From contig CBDCOH010000002.1 of NCBI GenBank assembly GCA_965219685.1, positions 2,496,001 to 2,560,000 of the forward strand: 64,000 nt of DNA, given 5' to 3'. The number at the start of each line of letters is the position of its first letter. The stretch's first letter is position 1. The notes under the pieces are model-generated. The model worked only from the letters and a program-made list of their open reading frames with translations, did not search any database and was not told the origin of the DNA. Source of the stretch: Candidatus Spongiisociaceae bacterium (GTDB lineage Bacteria; Actinomycetota; Acidimicrobiia; Spongiisociales; Spongiisociaceae). This document shows positions 11,024 through 20,993 of the stretch, in pieces. A program made the translations under genes and the position numbers.

Positions 11024-11964
11024 TATTCGTACACCTCCCGGAACCGGGCCACGAACCGGCGGCTGAGGACGTTGAGCGCCAGGGTGATGACGAACAGCGC
11101 CAGGCCGATGGCGAAGATGGAGTTGTAGTCGATCGAGGCGTAGCTGAGGTCACCCCCGCTGATCCGCACGATGTGCCCGGTCATGGTCTCGCCGGCTACG
11201 AATGGGTTGAGGATGTACCCGAACAGGCTGTCCTCGCCGAAGTTGAAGTTCTTGGGGCCTGCGCCCGCGGCGATCGCCACGACCATCGTCTCCCCGATCG
11301 CCCTGGAGATCGAGACCACGAAAGCAGCGGTGATTCCCGACAATGCAGCCGGCAGGACCACCCGCAGGGAGGTCTCCAGCTTGGTCGCCCCCACACCGTA
11401 CGATGCCTCCCGCAGAGACAAGGGCACGGCGTGCAGAGCATCCTCGGACATGGAGCTCACCAGCGGGATGATGAGAATCCCCACCACTATCCCTGCCGAA
11501 GCGGTGTTGAAGATCTCGACAACGCTCACGCCGAGAATCGATCGGAGCAGCGGGGTCATGAACGTGAGGGCGAAGTAGCCGTAGACAACCGTGGGGATTC
11601 CTGCCAGGACCTCGAGGACGGGCTTCATAAACCCCCGCACTCGGGATGAGGCGTACTCGCTCAGGTAGATGGCGGTGGCCAAGCCCACGGGTAGGGCGAC
11701 GATCATCGCCGTCACCGAGGTCATCAAGGTCGCCAGGACGAGCGGCCAAATACCGAAGTCGAGGATGGCGGGCTGCCACTCCGTCGAGGAGAGGAACTCG
11801 GCGATCGACGCTTCCTCGGAACGGAAGAAGAGCAACGCCTCCTTGCCCAACTCGAAGACGATGCCCACCGTGGTGAGAATCGACAGGGCAGCCGCCACGA
11901 AGAGCAGGCCGCCTATCAGCGCCTCGCCCGGCCGCCTCCTCTTGCGTAGCGAAACCGGCACCAC
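11023..11964 (-). CDS. pstC: Phosphate ABC permease PstC
   Basis: AIYLSEY, LAGIPTVVYG, SRAIGETM. Confidence 0.95.
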
Positions 11965-12122
11965 CGCGTGATCGCCTGTTGCATGCGTTACGATCTCGTC
12001 ATCTCCTTTCGGACGGGCCTAGGCAGCGGATGCCTCGGCGCATCCAATCGAACTCACTCGACCCTGGCCCCGTTGGCTTCCCTCTCGGGTCGACCACCCA
12101 CAGGACGCACCTGAACCGGGCC

Positions 12123-12153
12123 GAGCGGGCCGGTGTCAGACACCGGCCCGCTC
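12123..12153 (-). terminator. 15-bp perfect inverted repeat between pstS and pstC (mRNA-stabilising or attenuating hairpin)
   Basis: GAGCGGGCCGGTGTC-A-GACACCGGCCCGCTC. Confidence 0.7.
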
Positions 12154-12209
12154 CTACGAGCCCTCGGCGGGGTCTCACCCCGTTCAGTCTTCTCATGGAC
12201 TACCCGACC

Positions 12210-14279
12210 TCAGAGTGCAGCTCCGAGCTCGTCGGCGGCGGCTTGGAGAACCGCGTCGGGGGCGGGGAAGTACCCGACCTCACCGATCTCCTCGTTCACG
12301 AACTGCAACACGAAGCTCAGGAACGCTCCCACCTGGGGCTTCTCCGCGATGATGGAAGCCGTCGAGTACATGAACAACGGACGGGCCAACGGATACGTAT
12401 TCGCATTCACCGAGTCAACCGTCGGCTCAACACCCTCGATGTCCAACACGCTCAACCGGTCACTGTTCTCTGAGTAATACGCATACCCGAAGAAACCAAC
12501 CGCGCAAGTCGTCGACACACTCGACGGGTCACACCCGTCACCGGAAATCCCCTGCACCAACACGTTGTCATCCTCCGACAACTGCGTATTCCCAGCCGCC
12601 AGGATCGGACCCTCATCCTCGTCGAACACCTCCTCCACGAAATAGTCGAACGTGCCCGAATCCGTACCCGGAATGAACCGCTGGATCGCATTAGCCGGGA
12701 ACTCCGCCCGGACATCCTGCCAAGTCGTCGCAGTCGAGAACAACACCGACAACTCCTCAACCGTCAGATCGGTAACGAACGTGTTACCCGGCGACACCGT
12801 CACCGCCAGAGCATCGGTACCCACCCGGAACTCGATCGGATCCCTACCGATCGCCCGACACGACTCGACCTCCGCGTCCTTGATCGGCCTCGAAGCATTC
12901 GAGACATCCGACTCACCTGCCACGCAGAACCGCTCGAAACCGGCACCCGAACCGATCGAATCGATCGTGATCAAACCCGAATAACCCTCGTCCTCGAACC
13001 GGGCCGCCATCGCCTCCGCCAACGGGAACACCGTCGACGAACCAGCAACCGCAACATCACCCGACACCGACAACGGATCGACCACGGGCAGGCCCCAGAG
13101 ACCCTCGTCCGCCATCATCGTCATCGCCTCTCCAGTGATGGCCGCGTGAAGCTCGTTGGCGGCGGCTTGGAGAACCGCGTCGGGGGCGGGGAAGTACCCG
13201 ACCTCACCGATCTCCTCGTTCACGAACTGCAACACGAAGCTCAGGAACGCTCCCACCTGGGGCTTCTCCGCGATGATGGAAGCCGTCGAGTACATGAACA
13301 ACGGACGGGCCAACGGATACGTATTCGCATTCACCGAGTCAACCGTCGGCTCAACACCCTCGATGTCCAACACGCTCAACCGGTCACTGTTCTCCGAGTA
13401 ATACGCATACCCGAAGAAACCAACCGCGCAAGTCGTCGACACACTCGACGGGTCACACCCGTCACCGGAAATCCCCTGCACCAACACGTTGTCATCCTCC
13501 GACAACTGCGTATTCCCAGCCGCCAGGATCGGACCCTCATCCTCGTCGAACACCTCCTCCACGAAATAGTCGAACGTGCCCGAATCCGTACCCGGAATGA
13601 ACCGCTGGATCGCATTAGCCGGGAACTCCGCCCGGACATCCTGCCAAGTCGTCGCAGTCGAGAACAACACCGACAACTCCTCAACCGTCAGATCGGTAAC
13701 GAACGTGTTACCCGGCGACACCGTCACCGCCAGAGCATCGGTACCCACCCGGAACTCGATCGGATCCCTACCGATCGCCCGACACGACTCGACCTCCGCG
13801 TCCTTGATCGGCCTCGAAGCATTCGAGACATCCGACTCACCTGCCACGCAGAACCGCTCGAAACCGGCACCCGAACCGATCGAATCGATCGTGATCAAAC
13901 CCGAATAACCCTCGTCCTCGAACCGGGCCGCCATCGCCTCCGCCAACGGGAACACCGTCGACGAACCAGCAACCGCAACATCACCCGACACCGACAACGG
14001 ATCGACCGGATCCAGGCCGAAGGCACCCGATCCGGACGTGCCCGGTGCCGAGGCCTCGCCGGCGTCCGTCGCCTGCGCCTCGGTGGTGGCCGTACCGCTC
14101 TCCGCCGTCTCGCCGTCATCCATGGCAGCCTCGTCCGTGGCATCGGACGGCGTCTGCGTGGCGGCTGTGGTAGCGATCGTGGTGATGTCAGCTCCGTCGC
14201 CGTCGCCTCCGCAGGCCACGGCAACGAGCGCCAGAGCGAGCAACAGGGGGAACGCGCGCCAACTCATGCGGTGTGTCAT
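12210..14279 (-). CDS. pstS: Phosphate-binding lipoprotein PstS with two tandem binding domains
   Basis: Lipobox VAVAC; AGSSTVFP, GSGAG, SGTFDYF and YPLARPLF each present twice. Confidence 0.93.
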   Translation of the reverse strand: MTHRMSWRAFPLLLALALVAVACGGDGDGADITTIATTAATQTPSDATDEAAMDDGETAESGTATTEAQATDAGEASAPGTSGSGAFGLDPVDPLSVSGDVAVAGSSTVFPLAEAMAARFEDEGYSGLITIDSIGSGAGFERFCVAGESDVSNASRPIKDAEVESCRAIGRDPIEFRVGTDALAVTVSPGNTFVTDLTVEELSVLFSTATTWQDVRAEFPANAIQRFIPGTDSGTFDYFVEEVFDEDEGPILAAGNTQLSEDDNVLVQGISGDGCDPSSVSTTCAVGFFGYAYYSENSDRLSVLDIEGVEPTVDSVNANTYPLARPLFMYSTASIIAEKPQVGAFLSFVLQFVNEEIGEVGYFPAPDAVLQAAANELHAAITGEAMTMMADEGLWGLPVVDPLSVSGDVAVAGSSTVFPLAEAMAARFEDEGYSGLITIDSIGSGAGFERFCVAGESDVSNASRPIKDAEVESCRAIGRDPIEFRVGTDALAVTVSPGNTFVTDLTVEELSVLFSTATTWQDVRAEFPANAIQRFIPGTDSGTFDYFVEEVFDEDEGPILAAGNTQLSEDDNVLVQGISGDGCDPSSVSTTCAVGFFGYAYYSENSDRLSVLDIEGVEPTVDSVNANTYPLARPLFMYSTASIIAEKPQVGAFLSFVLQFVNEEIGEVGYFPAPDAVLQAAADELGAAL
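12234..14007. repeat. 850-bp direct repeat within pstS (12234-13083 and 13158-14007, offset 924)
   Basis: One mismatch found by eye (12471 T vs 13395 C, synonymous Ser). Confidence 0.93.
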
Positions 14280-14343
14280 AGATCCTCTCCTCGTCCAAAG
14301 ATCGCAGCGAAAGTTATGCGGTCGGTGTTACAGAGCGTCCCCC

Positions 14344-14365
14344 CCACGGTGAACGAGGGGTAAAA
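14344..14365 (-). promoter_or_regulatory. Putative PHO box (two 11-nt direct repeat units) upstream of pstS
   Basis: Minus strand TTTTACCCCTC GTTCACCGTGG resembles Streptomyces PhoP GTTCACC 11-nt units. Confidence 0.5.
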
Positions 14366-14437
14366 AGTGAGCTATGAGACAGGTAGTGGCCGATCGGGCC
14401 CGGCAGGAAACTCTCGGTTGGTGCGGGAGGTAGGCGA

Positions 14438-16612
14438 TCAGAGATCGGGCAGATCGACCTTGTGGGTGAGAACCGCCAGGTCCGGGCCGGGTGATACGAC
14501 CGTGTAGGGCGCTACGATCCGTACCTGTTCGAACAGACAGATCTGCTCCGCCACGGCCTCGCAGTAGACGATCGAGATGTCCCCGGTCAGAACACCCTGC
14601 CCAGCCGTCAGGTGCACATCGAAGGTTCGTGGGAAACTCGGGTCGAAAACCGAACCGGACGCGTCCGGCGCCACCGTCATGCCCTCACCGTCCACCGACC
14701 ACACGAAGCGGCTCGGAGCATCCGGGTTCACCTTGTATCCGGCGGGTAGTTGCACGTCCAGGCTGATGGTTCCCTGACCCTCCCCCAACATCAGGGGCTC
14801 ATGCTCGACGACGATCCCCGCATAGCTGTCACTGTCCGGGCCGGCCATGAACGCCTCTATCCCCGCCGGCACCAGGGTGGACACCTCTCCCGTGTCGATG
14901 TCCACCACCCTGATCGAGTGGTTGTTGGTGTCCGCCACGAACAGTGTCGACCCCAGCGCGTCGATCCCGCCCGGCTCGTAGAACAGGGGCGCCACCCCGT
15001 CCCGCCATCCCGGCGTGTCGCCCCACAGTGTCGAGACCTCCCCGGTTCCCAGATCGACCGCCTTCAGCTTCGAGTTGTAGGTGTCGGCCACGTAGAGCGT
15101 GTCTCCGACCACCACCACGCCCAGCGGATGCTGCAAACGGGCTTCCGTACCCACTCCGTCCAGATCACCGAAGGAGAACAGATCGGCGTCGCTCCCCGCG
15201 ATCACTCCCACCGTGTGCTCGGGCGACTCCGTGTCCACCCAGCGGATGGCGCTGCTCTCCGAGTCGGCGAAGAACAGGCGTCCGTCGGAGGCCAGCGCCA
15301 GACCACTCGGCTGGGCCAGGGTGGCCTCGTCACCCGGTCCGTTGACCGTGCCCTCCCCACCGCTACCGGCATAGGGACCCACCGATCCCTCATCCGGATC
15401 GAAGAACCAGATCTGATGCGTCCCGGCCATGGCCACATAGAGGAGGCCCGTTCCAGGATCGAGTTCGACATCCCAAGGGGATGCCAGGGGGGTTGTCAGG
15501 GCCGATCCGCGTCGAGGTGGCCAGGCCCGCTCTCCGGTACCGGCCACCGTGGTGACCTCACCGCTGGCCAGATCGACCACGCGCAGAGCGTGGTTTCCGG
15601 TGTCGGCGACGTATAGCAGGCTCCCATCCATCGACAGAGCAGTGCCCTGCGGATCCTTGAATGTGGCTTCGCTCGAAGGCCCGTCGGTGAATCCCTCCAG
15701 ACCGGAGCCGTACACCGCCTCCACCCGGCCTTCGAGATCGGTGCGGACGATGCGGTGGTGGTTGCTGTCGGAGATGTACAACTTCCCGTTCGGGTCCACC
15801 GTCACCTTGCCGGGGAAGGAGAACACGGTCTGGGGCAGGCCCTGCCGCTCGAGCCGCAGAGCCAGAGGGGTCCGGTCGATGGAGCCGGCGAACTCCTCCA
15901 GGAGTTGGTCCAGAACCGGCTTCACCACCTCGTAGACGCCCTCACCGCTGTGATATCCCACCACGCCGCCGGCCGGATCGATCACGTAGGCGGAAGGCCA
16001 GGCACGGACCCGGTACGATCGCCAGATGTCGAAGGCGGCGTCGTTGACCACCGGGTGATGCACGTCGTACCTCAACACCACCCGGCGGATGTTCTCTGTG
16101 GCCGCCTCCTGCTCGAACTTGGCGGAGTGGACGCCGATCACCACCAGTTCGTCGGCGAACTCCTCCTCCAGCCGTTCGAGGTCGGGTATCACGTGAATGC
16201 AGTTGATGCAGCCGTAGGTCCAGAAGTCGAGCAGCACGATCTTGCCCCGCAACGACTCGATCGTCAGCGGGTGTTCCGTGTTCAACCAGTCGAGGCCGGT
16301 CGGGAACTCGGGGGCGGGTTGGCGCCAGCTGACGGGGACGGGCTCGGCGGCGGTCGCTACGGGATCCTCAGAAGCCCCTTCATCAGGAGCCCCCTCATCG
16401 CCCGGCGCCATCTCCTCGTCACGGGATGCGGGCGCCGTGCCAGGCGCCGGAAGCTCGGAGGCAACGGCGACCCCCGACTCGGGTACAGTCGTGGCGGTCG
16501 TTGCACCGGCTTCGACATCGAACACCTCGCCTCCGGGCGATCCGCATGCAGCTACCACGAGCGCCACTGCGAGCAGAAACAGACCCTGCCGTAGTCGTGT
16601 CGGCCGTCGCAT
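14438..16612 (-). CDS. Thioredoxin-like + NHL-repeat lipoprotein (NHLRC2/SOQ1-like)
   Basis: Start ATG 16612; lipobox VVAAC; DFWTYGCINC, GVHSAKF; repeated LYVADT NHL blades. Confidence 0.85.
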   Translation of the reverse strand: MRRPTRLRQGLFLLAVALVVAACGSPGGEVFDVEAGATTATTVPESGVAVASELPAPGTAPASRDEEMAPGDEGAPDEGASEDPVATAAEPVPVSWRQPAPEFPTGLDWLNTEHPLTIESLRGKIVLLDFWTYGCINCIHVIPDLERLEEEFADELVVIGVHSAKFEQEAATENIRRVVLRYDVHHPVVNDAAFDIWRSYRVRAWPSAYVIDPAGGVVGYHSGEGVYEVVKPVLDQLLEEFAGSIDRTPLALRLERQGLPQTVFSFPGKVTVDPNGKLYISDSNHHRIVRTDLEGRVEAVYGSGLEGFTDGPSSEATFKDPQGTALSMDGSLLYVADTGNHALRVVDLASGEVTTVAGTGERAWPPRRGSALTTPLASPWDVELDPGTGLLYVAMAGTHQIWFFDPDEGSVGPYAGSGGEGTVNGPGDEATLAQPSGLALASDGRLFFADSESSAIRWVDTESPEHTVGVIAGSDADLFSFGDLDGVGTEARLQHPLGVVVVGDTLYVADTYNSKLKAVDLGTGEVSTLWGDTPGWRDGVAPLFYEPGGIDALGSTLFVADTNNHSIRVVDIDTGEVSTLVPAGIEAFMAGPDSDSYAGIVVEHEPLMLGEGQGTISLDVQLPAGYKVNPDAPSRFVWSVDGEGMTVAPDASGSVFDPSFPRTFDVHLTAGQGVLTGDISIVYCEAVAEQICLFEQVRIVAPYTVVSPGPDLAVLTHKVDLPDL

Positions 16613-16689
16613 GAACGGGATTGTGCCACGGTCGGCGAACTTCCTTCCCACGAACCTCGTCGGAGGCGCGCGGCGGCGCGGGGGAACTG

Positions 16690-17319
16690 TCAGCCCTTCT
16701 TGGAAGCTGCGTAGTAGGGGTTCTCGCCGCCCTGGTGGTCGGTGACGTCCACTATCTCGACGATCTCCGGGATGGCCTCGCGCAGGATCCGCTCGATTCC
16801 CTGCCTCAAGGTCATGGCCGCCATGCCGCAACCCTGGCAACCGCCTCCCAACTGGAGGTACACCACACCGTTCTCCTCGCTGACGAGACGGGCCTGGCCG
16901 CCGTGGGCAGCAATGGCCGGGTTGACCTGTTGGTCCAGAACCTGGGCGACCTGTTCGGCCAGCGGGCCTGTAAGATCGCCGTCGGGTACGTCCGGAATCT
17001 GGGGGGACGGGTTGTTCGGGTTGTCGATCGCGAGGCCCGGCGTCATCGGATCGGAAGACATCGCCAACCTGGCCCCGGTCATGTTGTCCGTGTCGACCGA
17101 CGGGATGATGACGGTCAGATCCCCATGGCGTTCAACATGATCGCTGGCCCCGGTCTCGCCGAGCGGCACGAAGGACAGGGAGTAACCGAACTGGGTTCCC
17201 TGCAACCCGGTGATCTCGATCAGCAGGCCATACTCGTCGTCGCCGGGCTCTTGATCGCGGATCTCAACGATGCGTTCGAGGGCTTCCCCGCTGAAACTCA
17301 TCAAGGCTTGGGTATCCAT
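16690..17319 (-). CDS. nfuA: Fe-S biogenesis protein NfuA
   Basis: Degenerate A-type N-domain, NPAIAAHGG, GGGCQGC, DVTDH..GENPYY. Confidence 0.9.
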   Translation of the reverse strand: MDTQALMSFSGEALERIVEIRDQEPGDDEYGLLIEITGLQGTQFGYSLSFVPLGETGASDHVERHGDLTVIIPSVDTDNMTGARLAMSSDPMTPGLAIDNPNNPSPQIPDVPDGDLTGPLAEQVAQVLDQQVNPAIAAHGGQARLVSEENGVVYLQLGGGCQGCGMAAMTLRQGIERILREAIPEIVEIVDVTDHQGGENPYYAASKKG

Positions 17320-17359
17320 GGCCCATAATCCTAGCTGCGGGGGACAAGGAGCGGAACGC

Positions 17360-18592
17360 TTGGACGATCATCGAGATAAGCGGGAACCACCTGTCGTGGC
17401 TCTGGTCGTGCCTTCGGAGGCATACCGGGCGGACGACTGGATTCAGGCGGCGGGCCGTCTCGGTGTGGAGGCCGCAGTGGCCACAGAAGGTCACCACTCA
17501 CTCGCCGAGGACATGGGTCCCAACATTATTCCCGTCGACTTCGACGACCCCGAGGGTTCGGCTCTGCGCATAGCTTCGTCGAGCCTGCCGATCGGGGCGA
17601 TCCTCGCCATCGACGACCGTGGAGTGAAGATGGCCGCTCGGGCGGCCAGACTCAGGGACTTGCCACACAACCCGGTGGAGACGGCAGACGCGACCAAGGA
17701 CAAAGCGGCGCTCCGGCAAAGGTTGGACGGGGTGGTAAACCAGCCCCGGTTCGTCGTCCTCGAAGCCCGTCAACCAGGCCAGGATGCCCGGTCGTTGGGC
17801 GTACCGGTCGTGGTGAAGCCCGTCGACCTGTCGGGATCGGTCGGCGTAATCCGCGTCGACGACCCGGCTCGACTGCAAGAGACGGTTGAGAGGGTTCGGA
17901 AGATCGCGACCGATCGGGGCGCACATCCCGACTCCCCCGTTCTCGTGGAGCGATATGTTCCGGGGGCCGAAGTGGCCGTGGAGGGAATGGTGACCGACGG
18001 GCGCTGGGATACGCTGGCGGTATTCGACAAACCGGACCCTCTGAAAGGTCCCTACTTCACCGAGACGCATTACGTCACGCCCTCTCGCCTCACGGAGGAG
18101 GTCTTGGTCGAGATAGAAGCTGCCGCAGAGAGGGCAGCCTCATCCCTGGGAATCGTCCGGGGGCCGGCACATGCCGAGTTACGGGTTGGTGATGGAGTGG
18201 TGCTCCTGGAATTCGCCTCCCGCCCAATCGGGGGATTGTGCGGCCGCTCGCTGCGCTTCGGCCTCGCCGATACCCCGCTGGAGGAACTGTTGATCCGAAA
18301 CGCGCTGGGGGTACGGGTCCGGGGGACACGGCTAGCTCCGGGGGCTTCGGGAGTTTCCATGATTCCGGTTCCCGAGCGCGGAGTGTTCGCAGGTATCGAC
18401 GGGGTCGAAGCCGCCCGGAATACAGAGCATGTCACCGGCATAGAGGTGAGCCAAGTAGTGGGTCGTCCGGTCGCTCCTCTCCCGGAGGAATCGACCTACC
18501 TGGGTTTCGTGTTCGCCAGGGCACCCCATCCGGAGCAGGTGGAGACAGCTCTCCGGGCAGCCTGCGAGGCGTTGACGGTGCGGATCGAGTAG
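17360..18592 (+). CDS. ATP-grasp domain ligase
   Basis: TTG start with AAGGAG RBS; KDKA.LR, VVKP...GSVGV, VERYVPG.EVAVE, HAELR, LEFASR. Confidence 0.85.
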   Translation: MDDHRDKREPPVVALVVPSEAYRADDWIQAAGRLGVEAAVATEGHHSLAEDMGPNIIPVDFDDPEGSALRIASSSLPIGAILAIDDRGVKMAARAARLRDLPHNPVETADATKDKAALRQRLDGVVNQPRFVVLEARQPGQDARSLGVPVVVKPVDLSGSVGVIRVDDPARLQETVERVRKIATDRGAHPDSPVLVERYVPGAEVAVEGMVTDGRWDTLAVFDKPDPLKGPYFTETHYVTPSRLTEEVLVEIEAAAERAASSLGIVRGPAHAELRVGDGVVLLEFASRPIGGLCGRSLRFGLADTPLEELLIRNALGVRVRGTRLAPGASGVSMIPVPERGVFAGIDGVEAARNTEHVTGIEVSQVVGRPVAPLPEESTYLGFVFARAPHPEQVETALRAACEALTVRIE

Positions 18593-18630
18593 TGAATGGT
18601 GGACGGGCAACGGACAACGGACCAACGGAC
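18590..18630. repeat. Degenerate heptamer tract starting at the stop codon
   Basis: tagtgaa tggtgga cgggcaa cggacaa cggacca. Confidence 0.55.
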
Positions 18631-18673
18631 ATCAGGTCGGCGCTGACCGGGACACCTGGGTTACAGTCCTGTA

Positions 18674-20098
18674 ATGAGAGTTCCGTGCACCGGCATCCGA
18701 ACCTCGAGATGGGCCACTTCCGCGGTCTTGGCGGTCGGGGTGCTGGTGGCTGCTTCCTGTTCGGCGCCCGAAGAGGTGGTGTTCGAAGGCATTCCCGCAC
18801 CATCGACCGAGGCTACGCCGGCGAGTACCGACGGCGAGGCAGGCGCCGCTCCGCCCACGCCTACATCCGGACCCGGGCCCACCTCGACCACGGCTGCGGC
18901 GTCCGCGCCGGATGGCACCACCGTCGCTACGACTTCCGCGGCGACCAGCCCTGCGGCCACCCCCTCGACGCTGGCCGTCTCGGAGACAAGCATCGAGAGA
19001 CTCCCGGGACAGATCGTGGTCAACGACCTTCGTTCGAGATCGGTCACCATCCTCGGTCCGGAGGCGGAGCAGTTCGAGCCGTTCGCGAACCCCGGCGAAG
19101 AGGTCCATCAACCCACATGGTCGCCCGATGGCACGCGGCTGGCCTGGTCCCGCGCCACGAACGAGGGGTTCTCGGTGGTAGTCAGCTCGAATACCGGAGG
19201 CCCCGCCACCGCGTATGACACACCGTTCGGAGTCTTCTACATGCAGTGGCGACCCGATGGCAGAGCCATAGCGCTCCTGGGCGCCTCGGAGCCCGGGCGG
19301 GTAGGCCTGGCGATCCTCGATCTGGACAGCCGGAGAGTCACCACGCTCAACTCGTCCACGTCCTACTACTTCCACTGGTCGCCCGATGGGGACGAGATGA
19401 TCACCCATCTCGACGGCACCCGGCTGGAGCAACTGGACCCGTCGACGGGGGACACATCCCTTCTGGAGACCCTCGACCAAGTCACCTCCGCTTTCCAGGC
19501 TGCCGCCTGGACACCCGACGGTCGGTCCATCCTGTACGTCCGCCCCTCCCCGGCGAACGCAGCGGGATCCGGGGGCGAACTGGTTACCCACGATCTGACA
19601 ACGGGGGAGATCGAAGTACTGGCCAGAGGTACCGGCTTCTTCAACTTCGCCATGTCACCCGACGGGACCGCGGTTGCGTACTCGATCCGGAGCCTGGAAG
19701 GGTCGGCATCCATGGGGATCGTCGATCTCGCCGGCGGCCGCACCGAAGAGATCGACGCGCCCTTCACCCTGGCATGGCAGTGGAGTCCGGACAGCCGCAA
19801 GATCCTGTTGCTGGGCGCCGGGGATAACGCCATGACGGTGAGCGTCTACGAATCAGGAGCGATCACCCGATACCAGGACATCCTCCCCACCGCGACCTTC
19901 GTGCAGAACTACCTGTACTTCTGGAGCCAGTACGACCTGAGCCATAGCCTCTGGGCGCCGGACAGTTCGGCCTTCGTGTTCCCGGCGTTCGACGGCAACG
20001 CCGACTTGGTGTTCCTCCAGTTCCTCGAAGAGGAGTTACCGATCCTGATCGGCCCCGGCTCCATGGCTGTCTTCTCGCCCGCGAGCAACACCCCCTAG
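18674..20098 (+). CDS. TolB-like (PD40) beta-propeller lipoprotein
   Basis: Lipobox AASC, Pro/Thr linker, repeated WSPDG motifs. Confidence 0.8.
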   Translation: MRVPCTGIRTSRWATSAVLAVGVLVAASCSAPEEVVFEGIPAPSTEATPASTDGEAGAAPPTPTSGPGPTSTTAAASAPDGTTVATTSAATSPAATPSTLAVSETSIERLPGQIVVNDLRSRSVTILGPEAEQFEPFANPGEEVHQPTWSPDGTRLAWSRATNEGFSVVVSSNTGGPATAYDTPFGVFYMQWRPDGRAIALLGASEPGRVGLAILDLDSRRVTTLNSSTSYYFHWSPDGDEMITHLDGTRLEQLDPSTGDTSLLETLDQVTSAFQAAAWTPDGRSILYVRPSPANAAGSGGELVTHDLTTGEIEVLARGTGFFNFAMSPDGTAVAYSIRSLEGSASMGIVDLAGGRTEEIDAPFTLAWQWSPDSRKILLLGAGDNAMTVSVYESGAITRYQDILPTATFVQNYLYFWSQYDLSHSLWAPDSSAFVFPAFDGNADLVFLQFLEEELPILIGPGSMAVFSPASNTP

Positions 20099-20104
20099 GG
20101 CACC

Positions 20105-20839
20105 ATGGCGACCCGATCCGGGAACCCGGCCGCAACGGCAGGCGGAACGAGCCACGATGTCAAGCACCCGACAGCGGCACTAGGCAGTGGCTCCCGCCCG
20201 CACGGAGTGACCATCGCCCACGTCCTGGCAGGTGGCGAACCGATGCCGGCACGGCGACTGCTCGACCTCGGGAGAGCCGACATCGTGATCGCCGCCGACT
20301 CGGGAGCGGAGAGCGCGGCAGCGGCCGGGGTGTTCGTCGATGTCCTGGTCGGCGACCTCGACTCGATCACGAAGCAGACCCTGGATCAGGTCATCGATGA
20401 GGGAACCAGCATCGAGGCGCACGATCCCGACAAGGACGCAACCGATCTGGAACTCGCGCTCGCGACAGCGGTCGAACGAGGGGCCGACGAGATCGTGGTC
20501 GTCGGCGGAGGGGGTCGTCGACTCGATCACCTGCTCGGCAATGTGGCGGTTGTTGCCAGCCGGGCCCTCCGACATGTCCCCGTCCGGTGGGAACTGGAAC
20601 GGGAGACAGCCTATGTCGTCCACAGGCGCCGCGCCATCCCGGTCGCGGCCGGTTCCACCTTCAGCTTGATCCCGATCGCGGGCGACGCGCATGGCGTAAC
20701 GCTCACAGGATCGAAGTGGAACCTCCGCGACGCCAAGCTAGATGCAGGAACCTCGCTCGGAATCAGCAACATAGCTGTCGCCTCCGAACTCCGTGTAGAG
20801 GTCCGCAAAGGAACGCTACTGGTAGTGGTTGGTGGCTAG
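20105..20839 (+). CDS. thiN: Thiamine pyrophosphokinase (start may be GTG 20207)
   Basis: AADSG, VGDLDS, DKDATDLELAL, RLDH, GISN. Confidence 0.92.
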   Translation: MATRSGNPAATAGGTSHDVKHPTAALGSGSRPHGVTIAHVLAGGEPMPARRLLDLGRADIVIAADSGAESAAAAGVFVDVLVGDLDSITKQTLDQVIDEGTSIEAHDPDKDATDLELALATAVERGADEIVVVGGGGRRLDHLLGNVAVVASRALRHVPVRWELERETAYVVHRRRAIPVAAGSTFSLIPIAGDAHGVTLTGSKWNLRDAKLDAGTSLGISNIAVASELRVEVRKGTLLVVVGG

Positions 20840-20857
20840 TGGTTGGTGGCTAGTGGC
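20823..20857. repeat. Heptamer tract TAGTGGT/TGGTGGC x5 containing the thiN stop
   Basis: Read directly. Confidence 0.85.
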
Positions 20858-20902
20858 GGGGTATACCATAAACTAAATACTACTGCTAGCACATAACATC
20901 CA

Positions 20903-20993
20903 TACCATTCACTATTCACTATTCACTATTCACCATTCACTATTCACCATTCACTATTCACTATTCACCATTCACCATTCACCATTCACCAAT
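20903..20993. repeat. Heptamer tandem repeat CAC(C/T)ATT, about 13 units
   Basis: Read directly; contains the stop of the minus-strand dehydrogenase. Confidence 0.95.

Noticed and set aside
16613-16840. Extended start of the NHL protein
   Set aside because: Overlaps nfuA; the signal peptide begins at 16612
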